This document shows, piece by piece, positions 1-8,100 of a stretch of 64,000 nucleotides of DNA (positions are counted from its first letter, which is position 1; every line of letters starts with the position of its first letter). Origin of the DNA: a virus. Location: the IMG/VR virus record IMGVR_UViG_3300045972_000146, positions 29,864-93,863 of that record; one strand, written 5' to 3'. The notes under the pieces are model-generated. The model saw only the letters and a program-made list of their open reading frames with translations. It had not been told where the DNA came from and did not search any database. A program made the position numbers and the translations under genes.

Positions 1-119
1 AATGAGAAATCTTTCTGATTTTTCCATAAGTGAGGAAGTTGCAGTCGGGGATACAGCAACTGAAAGCAAACGATAGTATCCAAAACCATTTCAGAGTTTA
101 TCAACATGTAAAACAATTA

Positions 120-1950
120 ACGTCTAAGTTAGGACCTATTAATATGCACACACAGGCAGTGTGGTGTTAGGGATAAACTTGCCTATTAGACAATAGTATG
201 CGCTATTAAAAAAGCAAGTCCCATGTGATGGAATTTAAAGTCACTACAAAAAAGAGTGCGGGGTTGAACTCCTAGCAACAGCCTATGCATTGTAGGAGGG
301 TCTTTAACTGCGTTTGTAACGTACATAGTTAGAGTAGGTATAACGGCGACCAAACAAGACACGTTATTAAAAATGGTACAGCTTTGGAACTGTATCGACT
401 GTTGAACAAGGGTAACTGCACGAACAAAACCACTTACAGGTAACTCTGTATAATAGTACTGCGTAGGTTATCGATCAATTAATTATTAATAATATAAACC
501 GGCTAGAAATGCGCGGGGTGGAAATCCAATAATTAATTCAAGCTATAGATTACACTTTGAGGGTTAAAGACCCTATGGCCCATGGACCAGTGAAATAGCG
601 ACCTGTCAAGTTATTAAGTTTGAGACAGATAAAAAATACACAAACTAGCCTTACTAATTCACTGGCTACAATAAAGTGGAGAATTAGCCCTAGTATGCTT
701 TCAAGGTTAATCGAAAGTGGGAGGTGCATGTGCTGGTACGCATGACAAGAGCTTCAAGGCGAAAGCCGAAAACCGGGCACGCACGGTATAATGCAAACCG
801 AAACCTAATTTACGCTGTTTCATAATTTTCAGCCGTATTGAAAAAGATTAATCCCCTGGGGTAGGGGCGAAGTTTATCCTGCCAGACAAAAAGAACGCCA
901 CGTCTTTAGTCAAATTTCACGAACGTATGGGAAAGCCGTTCACCCAAATTGCATATTAGTAGGCTCTTCCCTGTCTCGGAAATAGCCGAAGGAAGTCGAA
1001 GACTATTCAATCCGTGCGACAGAAGCTCCTGTATACAACTAGTGGAAGGGTCAAACACTTAAAAACCATATTTAAGGTGGTCGAAAGCTATCACATTTCT
1101 AAGCGACTAAAAAGCATAGAAAGATCGATAATTAGTACACTCCCTATCTGAAGTCTAGAACCCTGGGAGCATTCTACCCAGATAAAGGTCAAAAGCAAGC
1201 CGGGAACTTCATGCTGTAACAGGACGGAGCCACCGTCAGATGTAGCGGAGACGGTACATTCTTGCCTGGACGATAGACGTAGTCACTAGATAGGATAAAA
1301 TGCGTTATTTTTCTCAGACAATTTCAAGACTGCGCGGACTTCAAGGGCCGCTACAATATAGATCTTCAGAACACCGTTTATAAACCGTTGGCCTCATTTG
1401 CCAATATGAATCGACAAGGAATTGATACAAGGGTCGCAGCAAAACAACCATAGTTCTTTATTGCTTTCTTCAACAAGTAAAGTATGCCTTAAATACATTG
1501 ATATTATTATATAATTATCTATCGCGTGTCAATACGTAGATAAACCTTTCAAGCCTAGCACTTGGGGATGGAGTATGAGCCTAATTAATATAATGTAATT
1601 GTTCGAGAGACCGAAAATTGCTACAAATATCATAATTTATAAAACCCATTTTAAGCCGTTCTAAGGCATTATAAGTCAGCGTTGATACGAAAGTACTATT
1701 GTGAAAAGATAGTGGCATAGCGGAGCTGTAAATGCGTATAAAGGGCACAATTCCTAACTAATAGTTGCAGTGGGCGCAAAACCCATAGGTTAATCGTAAA
1801 TTAGCTACTTTCAAACCACAATCCCAACCCCTCTTCTAGTACCTAGCGGAAAAAAGAGCAGCGAGTGCGATCGCGGGATTATTTTCAAATTTTATCCGAA
1901 GAATTCTCATAAATGTTAAATTGGACAGTTAAACGGGCTACGGCAGAACA
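120..1950 (+). ncRNA. Putative very large structured non-coding RNA (or cluster of structured RNAs); boundaries approximate
   Basis: No ORF >=60 aa in any frame over about 2 kb. Long-range helices 135-148/950-963 (14 bp), 170-180/870-880, 705-712/846-853, 1143-1150/1287-1294 and 1494-1506/1586-1597. Many local hairpins and GNRA loops (758-767, 1686-1695). G-U wobbles favour the + strand. Confidence 0.65.
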
Positions 1951-2022
1951 TTCCAATCAAGTAGGAACTTTCAGTGATTATCAAAAACAACATTATTTAT
2001 CAAAAATAGGAGGAAACAAACA

Positions 2023-2505
2023 GTGAAAAATTCAAAAGAAGAAGCCCTACGGCTTTTCGGAGCGACCCTAGGAGGTCATATCCACTCAATCAAAGTTATA
2101 CCAATGGATAAAGACGCAAAATCGAAAGATGATGCATTCCAGGTAAAAGTACCATTCCAATCATACGTAGTTGATCACGTAAAAGTGAACACAGTAGCAC
2201 ACAAACAGGTGTCAGGTGGTATCGATATCGTCCTTATCAACGGTGGCGAAAAAGAAATTAAAATCGGTTTAAACGAGCCATTGATTAACAATGCTTCGGA
2301 AATCGTTAACGGGTCCGACGTTATTGAAAAACGGACATTTTTTGGTGACGCAACAACACCGGCCGAAATCGTAAAAGCAATGAATTTATCAGAAGTGGCA
2401 CGCATTGATACGATTATGGAAGAACTTGCCGCAACACGGGAAGCTCTTATCGGTATCGTTGAAGCAACCGACCGTGCTGCAAAATCTTACGACGGCTTAG
2501 ATTAA
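2023..2505 (+). CDS. Hypothetical early protein (160 aa, GTG start)
   Basis: ORF with AGGAGG at 2008-2013; helical C-terminus; no recognised family. Confidence 0.75.
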   Translation: MKNSKEEALRLFGATLGGHIHSIKVIPMDKDAKSKDDAFQVKVPFQSYVVDHVKVNTVAHKQVSGGIDIVLINGGEKEIKIGLNEPLINNASEIVNGSDVIEKRTFFGDATTPAEIVKAMNLSEVARIDTIMEELAATREALIGIVEATDRAAKSYDGLD

Positions 2506-2533
2506 TTCTATGCCCTAGGAAAGGAGGCGCAAC

Positions 2534-3067
2534 ATGAACGAAGAAGAACTTATTATCGTATTAGACGATTACGACAAAAATCATTTCGCGGAATTAATTG
2601 ATATTTACTTAGAACCTAAAAGTCGCTTTCGCATTAAAAATGATGGAACCGTAATCTTCGAAAAACATGGACCATTCATTGATTGGTTCGTTCGTTCAGA
2701 AAATCAAGTCGATTTCTTAAATTGCTTCCAAGCAATAGTTAAAGTAATGCTCGACGACAAAGTTAAAGGAAGTATACCATACATCCAGTCGCTTTGTGGC
2801 GAAGCTATGGGTGAATTGATGGCTACTAATAATAGAAAACAAGCTGTAACTAGCTTGCTATTAGCTCACCTTAATGACTCGCAACCGAATTTCAACCCAG
2901 GACGATCTCGTAACAGAGAACTAATGGATGACATTCAAATTGTCGAACAAAGCAGACGGCGCAAAGGACCAGTTAAAGTGTATTTTGGAGGCGGTGGAGA
3001 CATGGCCAACTTAGCAGACTTTATTAATGAACGTAAAGCTTTGGTTATCTTCGGAAACGGAGAATAA
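2534..3067 (+). CDS. Hypothetical early protein (177 aa)
   Basis: ORF with AAGGAGG at 2521-2527; no recognised family. Confidence 0.75.
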   Translation: MNEEELIIVLDDYDKNHFAELIDIYLEPKSRFRIKNDGTVIFEKHGPFIDWFVRSENQVDFLNCFQAIVKVMLDDKVKGSIPYIQSLCGEAMGELMATNNRKQAVTSLLLAHLNDSQPNFNPGRSRNRELMDDIQIVEQSRRRKGPVKVYFGGGGDMANLADFINERKALVIFGNGE

Positions 3068-3084
3068 CAAAACAAAATTTAAAA

Positions 3085-3160
3085 AGATATAAGTTGGGTA
3101 ACTCCGTAATACAAATATCTGCATATGTAGGGTAACTCCGTTATTGCATAAGTAGTGCTG
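3085..3160 (+). repeat. Tandem 12-nt direct repeat GGGTAACTCCGT, each copy in a hairpin
   Basis: Exact copies at 3096-3107 and 3130-3141; outer stems agatat/atatct and tgca/tgca. Confidence 0.6.
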
Positions 3161-3196
3161 ATTTGTGACTTAAATTAATTTATATAACCCCATACT

Positions 3197-3230
3197 AGAA
3201 AGCCTCTGTATTTACTATAGAGGCTTTCTT
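3197..3230 (+). terminator. Intrinsic terminator-like hairpin
   Basis: agaaagcctctgta / tatagaggctttct 14-bp inverted repeat downstream of 2534..3067. Confidence 0.6.
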
Positions 3231-3340
3231 AGAGGGATTATAATGCATAAAGAGAGGAATCTCAATATGATACGACGGGGAAAAGTATCAGGCTGAATAG
3301 TTATCATAAAGTCAAACCATTAAAAATCAATTTTATATAT

Positions 3341-3769
3341 ATGAAAACAGCAAAAGAACTTATCCAAACCCGCGAATCTCTGATCAACAATATTAAAAAG
3401 AATTGGGATCGTATTCGCATTGAAAATGTGGTAGAAGCCGGACAAACACGTAATTATAATGTACAGGCTTTGTACAAATCAATTATTAATGACTCATTGG
3501 CTCTTGTCGAAGCAAAGTTAGATATTCAATTAGTGAATATTGGATTTAAAAAACGAGAAGAAATGCCAGCAAGTTGCATTTATCCGCAAATCTACTCATT
3601 ACAACAATTAAAAGAACAGAAAACGAAACTTAATCTTATTCCAACAAAAGGAGCAGCGGTTCTAACAGCCTCATTTGTAGAAGAAGAAACTAAGGTTCTG
3701 GATTCACAGATTCTTGCACTTGAAAGCCACCTTGAAAACCACAATAATTCGTGGGAAATCGCGGCATAA
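3341..3769 (+). CDS. Coiled-coil protein, DIP1984-like
   Basis: 142 aa all-helical pattern (MKTAKELIQTR...ENVVEAG...LESHLENHNNSWEI) recalling the DIP1984 family; recognition only. Confidence 0.55.
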   Translation: MKTAKELIQTRESLINNIKKNWDRIRIENVVEAGQTRNYNVQALYKSIINDSLALVEAKLDIQLVNIGFKKREEMPASCIYPQIYSLQQLKEQKTKLNLIPTKGAAVLTASFVEEETKVLDSQILALESHLENHNNSWEIAA

Positions 3770-3779
3770 AAACAAAACA

Positions 3780-3845
3780 GAAGTAACGGTGATATGTTAA
3801 TCAGTGACAGAAATGATTAATAATTGGGTTCAATCCCCATACTTT
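3780..3845 (+). ncRNA. tRNA-like element (acceptor-like stem plus T-arm, no D-arm)
   Basis: gaagta 3780-85 / tacttt 3840-45; TGGG-TTCAATC-CCCA 3825-3839; middle stem ttaatca/tgattaa with a 10-nt loop. Confidence 0.55.
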
Positions 3846-3976
3846 AACAAATGGCAATAGCGTACCAGTTAACTAAGTACGTTTTGCAAAACAGCAGAAT
3901 AAAGTTTTTTGTCGGGTTTTTAAACTGCTACCATGTACATGGTCTAAAACCCTATCATTATTTTAAAACAATTCAA

Positions 3977-4462
3977 ATGAGACCAATCGAAAGAATTGAC
4001 AATTTCTTGAAATTAGTAGATTGGAATTGGCTTCTATATGAAAAATGGAAAATAGATAAGGAAGACTTAGTAGCAAAGAAAATTTGCTATATGACAAATC
4101 CTACTCTACCTGAAGTTTGGAAACAAAACCCAGACCAGCGAATAGGACAGTTGCTTATTAATTTAGGTTTAATTGACGATTCATTGGAAAGATGGGTGAT
4201 AGAAGACTCAACAATTTTAATTGACCAAGGAATAGAACCAGAAGAAGTATTATATTGGACGTCTATGTATAATGAAAACTCAGAAATATTAGAAACGCCG
4301 ATTACACGAAAAGTAAGTACTTTAACTGAAGAGCATATTATTAGAATACTGGCCTTTATGGTCGAACATGGTGGCAGAATATCGCCAGATATGCAAAAAG
4401 CATTCGATAATATGTTATTAAAATACAAAGATGTGCCAGAGGAATTGCCAATGGCTGCATAA
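3977..4462 (+). CDS. Phage protein with a YihD/DUF1040-like N-terminus
   Basis: MRPIERIDNFL...W.QNPDQRIGQLLIN motif. True start is probably ATG 3977 (in frame with the 3851 track ORF) after an A-rich leader. Confidence 0.6.
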   Translation: MRPIERIDNFLKLVDWNWLLYEKWKIDKEDLVAKKICYMTNPTLPEVWKQNPDQRIGQLLINLGLIDDSLERWVIEDSTILIDQGIEPEEVLYWTSMYNENSEILETPITRKVSTLTEEHIIRILAFMVEHGGRISPDMQKAFDNMLLKYKDVPEELPMAA

Positions 4463-4464
4463 TA

Positions 4465-4494
4465 CAAATCATTTCAGATGCTATCAGAGCAATA
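4465..4494 (+). repeat. 5-nt periodic CANAT-type repeat upstream of the initiator-like gene
   Basis: caaat cattt cagat gctat cagag caata. Confidence 0.45.
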
Positions 4495-4516
4495 ATTTAA
4501 CTTTAAAGTAAAAGAA

Positions 4517-5083
4517 ATGCTGATAGAACTAGATTTGGACGAGGCTAAACGTCTCAAAATAACGACAAATCAGTTTCTGCTAGTAAAATTCATTGTAGAT
4601 GGAATAAATTTTGATGCATACCAAAGCACACTATCTATAACCAATTCAGATATAGAGAATTTAATTAGTAAAAATATATTAACAATTGAATCTAAGTATG
4701 ATGAATCAGACCTAACAAGTCTATTTGTTACTCAGGAATTTATTGACAAGTTCAAAGCAAGGAACTTTTTTGATGAATTTTTCGATACTTATCCAATTTC
4801 CGCAACCCGTCCAGACGGAACTAAGGATTACCTACGAGGTGACATTAGTAGATGTAGGAAGACCTATGATAAAATTGTGGGAAAAAGTAAAAGTAAACAT
4901 GAACATATTTTAGAGTGCTTAAAATTCGAAGTCTCAACTAGAAGGAAAAGTGGCTCAATGTCATATATGAAAAGAATGTCAAAATGGCTATTTGCAGAAG
5001 AATGGTTATTATACGACGAATTTTTGAAAGACAAGAAAGTTCAAAATACGGCAGAAAAGATATATGGAACAGAAATCGACTAA
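4517..5083 (+). CDS. Putative replication initiator / replisome organiser
   Basis: Possible N-terminal wHTH; C-terminal FDEFFDTYP...YMKRMSKWL..EEW pattern typical of phage initiators; overlaps the DnaB gene. Confidence 0.55.
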   Translation: MLIELDLDEAKRLKITTNQFLLVKFIVDGINFDAYQSTLSITNSDIENLISKNILTIESKYDESDLTSLFVTQEFIDKFKARNFFDEFFDTYPISATRPDGTKDYLRGDISRCRKTYDKIVGKSKSKHEHILECLKFEVSTRRKSGSMSYMKRMSKWLFAEEWLLYDEFLKDKKVQNTAEKIYGTEID

Positions 5084-6050
5084 AGTCCTTAACTATAAAC
5101 ATATTTCTTCTGCCACTAACGAAATTGTTAGATATATCAAAGACAGACGAGAAAACAAAGTACGCTCATTGAAAACGAGATGGTCTAAGTTTAATCGACT
5201 AGCAATGGGGGGAGTAGAGCCAAACAGTATTTATGCAATAGCAGGAATATCTGGCTCGGGAAAGTCCTCTTTTGTTAATACTCTTGAAACTGATTTAATT
5301 GATTTAAATCCAGACGAAAAGATTGTAATGCTATCTTTCAGTTTTGAAATGCTTTCCTCTAGACAAGTGGGTAGGAAACTCTCCTACAAATTAAGAAAGA
5401 CCACGTCTGAATTATATTCGGCCTCCGACAAGGGCCTAATCACTGAGGCGGACTTTGAAGGAGTTGAAAAAACAGCAAAACAAATTACAGACTATCCGAT
5501 TTACTATGTAGATTCAGCTGGTACTGTACAGGAAATAGAGAATACAATCAAATTCTTTCAGAATACTATTGCCAAAGATAAATGGCTTGTAGTAACAATC
5601 GACCATACGCTATTAATACGCGGAAACTCAGGCGAGTCTGAAAGAGGAATTATTGTGGATTTAGAAAAAATGCTTATCGAAGCAAAGAAAATTGGCAAGA
5701 CTTCGATAATACAAATCTCTCAAATGAATAGGAATTTGGAATCACCCGAGAGGCTGAACAATTCCGCCTTACATTACCCGCAACGAAGCGATTTATCGTC
5801 AAGTGATGCAGTATTCCAAGGAAGCGATTACGTAATAGTTATACACAGGCCTGAATTACTCGGCATATTGTCCTACGGGACATATAACCTCCCCGTCAAG
5901 GATTACGTATATATGCATTTTCTAAAGAACCGTGAGGGTGAATTAAGAATATTGAAATTTATCAATGATCTTAAATTCAATAATTTGAAAGAACCTGATG
6001 AAGATCAGGAAAAAGCCAAAGAACAACAACAATTCTTAGAATTAAAATAA
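5064..6050 (+). CDS. dnaB: DnaB-like replicative helicase (C-terminal ATPase domain only)
   Basis: Walker A AGISGSGKS, SFEM, IDH, ISQMNR, P.RSDL, KNREG motifs. Confidence 0.92.
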   Translation: MEQKSTKVLNYKHISSATNEIVRYIKDRRENKVRSLKTRWSKFNRLAMGGVEPNSIYAIAGISGSGKSSFVNTLETDLIDLNPDEKIVMLSFSFEMLSSRQVGRKLSYKLRKTTSELYSASDKGLITEADFEGVEKTAKQITDYPIYYVDSAGTVQEIENTIKFFQNTIAKDKWLVVTIDHTLLIRGNSGESERGIIVDLEKMLIEAKKIGKTSIIQISQMNRNLESPERLNNSALHYPQRSDLSSSDAVFQGSDYVIVIHRPELLGILSYGTYNLPVKDYVYMHFLKNREGELRILKFINDLKFNNLKEPDEDQEKAKEQQQFLELK

Positions 6051-6051
6051 A

Positions 6052-6642
6052 ATGACTTATAATAAAAATTATAATAATAAGTTTGCGGTAAAATTACCAA
6101 GTGCAAATGTAGATCCATACGGTTACTATAAAAAAGCTATTATCGACAAATTGATCGACAAATATCCTTATTTAACAATGGCCGGTTTAGATGCACCATT
6201 CTATACTCCGTCTGGGAAACCAATTCGTAGCGTTGAATATGCCTCTGCAGGAGATGCAATTACATTCGGAACTGCCAAATCACATGATGTTAATTGGGTG
6301 AAAAATACCAATTTCATGAACGGCGTTGTTCCTACTTATGATATCCAAAAAGATTGGACAGAAGTAATGAGCAATATCGATGCTTTCGCAAAAGCACGCA
6401 AACCAAAACAATCATATAATCCATATACAGTACATTCTTCTTATTGTAATTGCAGTTCTTGTAATTCTAGTGAGAACTACTTCTATGTGGGCGGAAAATT
6501 AGTTGAAGTCTATGATGATTTTATCAAAGTAGGTTTAACTATTATTCCTCGTTATACAAAACCAGCAACGTTCAAGTATTACTCAGTTTATGAGTTGGAA
6601 ACAATTCATACAATTATAATTACAGTTCGTTCTTTGTTCTAA
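6052..6642 (+). CDS. Hypothetical protein (CNCSSC motif)
   Basis: 196-aa ORF tightly coupled within the replication operon. Confidence 0.7.
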   Translation: MTYNKNYNNKFAVKLPSANVDPYGYYKKAIIDKLIDKYPYLTMAGLDAPFYTPSGKPIRSVEYASAGDAITFGTAKSHDVNWVKNTNFMNGVVPTYDIQKDWTEVMSNIDAFAKARKPKQSYNPYTVHSSYCNCSSCNSSENYFYVGGKLVEVYDDFIKVGLTIIPRYTKPATFKYYSVYELETIHTIIITVRSLF

Positions 6643-6664
6643 TAACAATAGAACATGAAAGTTT

Positions 6665-6699
6665 CAGATCATACCATATCATATCAAATTCTACCAGAG
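6665..6699 (+). repeat. 5-nt periodic CANAT-type repeat upstream of the AAA_24 gene
   Basis: cagat catac catat catat caaat tctac cagag. Confidence 0.55.
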
Positions 6700-6734
6700 A
6701 CATAAATGCTTTCGTGTTATAAAAAACACTTTAT

Positions 6735-7484
6735 ATGAGCATACAATTGCCTACCATTAAAAGTGTACCAAAAGCCCTCAATCCAAGATTTTTAATCTTG
6801 TTTGGGAAGCCTAAGGTCGGTAAAACAACGCTGTTATCCACATTGGATAATTGCCTAATTGTCGACCTTGAAGGAGGCTCTGAATTCCTCGAAGCAATGG
6901 CTGTTCAAGCCAGAAGTGTATCGGATTTAGGAGAGATTGCAAATGCGATTAAACTCAAAACAAATGAAAGCGGCCAAAAGCCTTATAAATATATTGCAAT
7001 AGATAATGCTACCAGACTAGAAGACATGTGTCTTCCTTATGCGGCTAGTCTATATAGAAAGAATCCTATAGCAAAGAACTGGACTGGAACTGACGTGAGA
7101 ACGTTGGATAAAGGTGCAGGTTATCTTTACTTAAGGGAAGCTGTCAAAACAGTCATTGATCAATTTCGTGGACTAACAGATAATTTTATTCTGATAGGGC
7201 ATACAAAAGACACAATGATTACTAAAGACGGCGAAGAACTTTCCGAAATGGCAATAGATTTAGTAGGAAAATTGGGCGACATAGTTTGCGGAGAGGCAGA
7301 TGCAGTTGGCTACGTATACAGAAAAACAAACGAAACAATAGTATCTTTTGAGGGCGGATTAAATTCCGTAAGAGAGGCGAGAGCTCCTCACTTAAGAGGT
7401 AAAAAAGTAGTTATTGCTGACTCCGACAAGGATAATGCTATTACTACCTATTGGGATAGAATTTACTTACCAGAAAATTATTAA
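6735..7484 (+). CDS. AAA_24 / Sak4-like ATPase (recombination)
   Basis: GKPKVGKTT Walker A, DLEGG, YIAIDN, LIGH, ADAVGY motifs. Confidence 0.85.
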   Translation: MSIQLPTIKSVPKALNPRFLILFGKPKVGKTTLLSTLDNCLIVDLEGGSEFLEAMAVQARSVSDLGEIANAIKLKTNESGQKPYKYIAIDNATRLEDMCLPYAASLYRKNPIAKNWTGTDVRTLDKGAGYLYLREAVKTVIDQFRGLTDNFILIGHTKDTMITKDGEELSEMAIDLVGKLGDIVCGEADAVGYVYRKTNETIVSFEGGLNSVREARAPHLRGKKVVIADSDKDNAITTYWDRIYLPENY

Positions 7485-7487
7485 GAT

Positions 7488-8087
7488 ATGATATTTAATA
7501 CAAATAGTGCTTTCAACGTAGAGAAGAAAGATGTTTCATTTTTAGGCGCCGGTATACATGAGAATGTAGAATTCGCTGGAATCAGAAACGAAAAGTCAAC
7601 AAATGGAAATATGTTTATTGAGTTTAAGTTTATTAAAGACGGAGCCACATTGACTCAGACTGAATATGAACCAACAAAATTCAATGATCAGACAGATGCT
7701 GAATTTGAAGATAAGGCTAACAAACAAGTAGCCAGAATATTACAAATAATGAGCCCTTGGTATACAAAAGAACAGTTAAGCAATTTTACTGCTGACTCTT
7801 TTGCTGTATTTGCTAAATGGGTTACTGATTTAATGAGTGCGGCCGACAAATCCATACTAGTTAGATTAAAAGTTGTTTATGGTCAAAACGGTTATACGTC
7901 TTTACCTAAATATTCTGTATATACTTTCATTGAACCAATGTCTGTGGAAAAAAGTAAAATAGCCGAACTTAAAATCGACCAATTTACTCGCCCAGTTATA
8001 GGTGATAAAGAAGAGCATGCTAAATCGTCAGCTGATGTATTTGCCCCTAAGGCAGAGCCAGTTGTTAACAACGATCTTCCGTTCTAA
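7488..8087 (+). CDS. Putative single-stranded DNA-binding protein
   Basis: Follows the Sak4-like gene; beta-rich; C-terminal DLPF SSB-type tail. Confidence 0.65.
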   Translation: MIFNTNSAFNVEKKDVSFLGAGIHENVEFAGIRNEKSTNGNMFIEFKFIKDGATLTQTEYEPTKFNDQTDAEFEDKANKQVARILQIMSPWYTKEQLSNFTADSFAVFAKWVTDLMSAADKSILVRLKVVYGQNGYTSLPKYSVYTFIEPMSVEKSKIAELKIDQFTRPVIGDKEEHAKSSADVFAPKAEPVVNNDLPF

Positions 8088-8100
8088 TAGTTGACAAAGT

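Noticed and set aside
2-76. Short ORF or gene tail MRNLSDFSISEEVAVGDTATESKR
   Set aside because: At the window edge and too short to judge
1164-1184. Fourth TGGG...CCCA T-arm module
   Set aside because: The loop is 9 nt and the TA|AC closing signature is missing
1095-1290. Group I intron core (GACTA 1105-1109 / TAGTC 1280-1284 as P7)
   Set aside because: The flanking P7 pair and P3/P4/P6 could not be built, and there are no interrupted exons; left to cmscan
1721-1754. Group II intron domain V (GAGCTGT...GCAC)
   Set aside because: Stem geometry, bulge and loop do not fit DV; no DVI and no RT ORF
1-2000. Hidden coding region under TAG/TGA recoding, as known in some Crassvirales
   Set aside because: All other genes read as long intact ORFs in the standard code, the portal ends in TGA, and this region has frequent TAA on both strands
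3085-3160. Mini CRISPR array
   Set aside because: Only two 12-nt repeats with a 22-nt gap; no cas genes
3851-3976. N-terminal 42 aa of the track ORF 3851..4462
   Set aside because: The recognisable motif begins at M(3977)RPIERID and the upstream sequence looks like structured non-coding DNA
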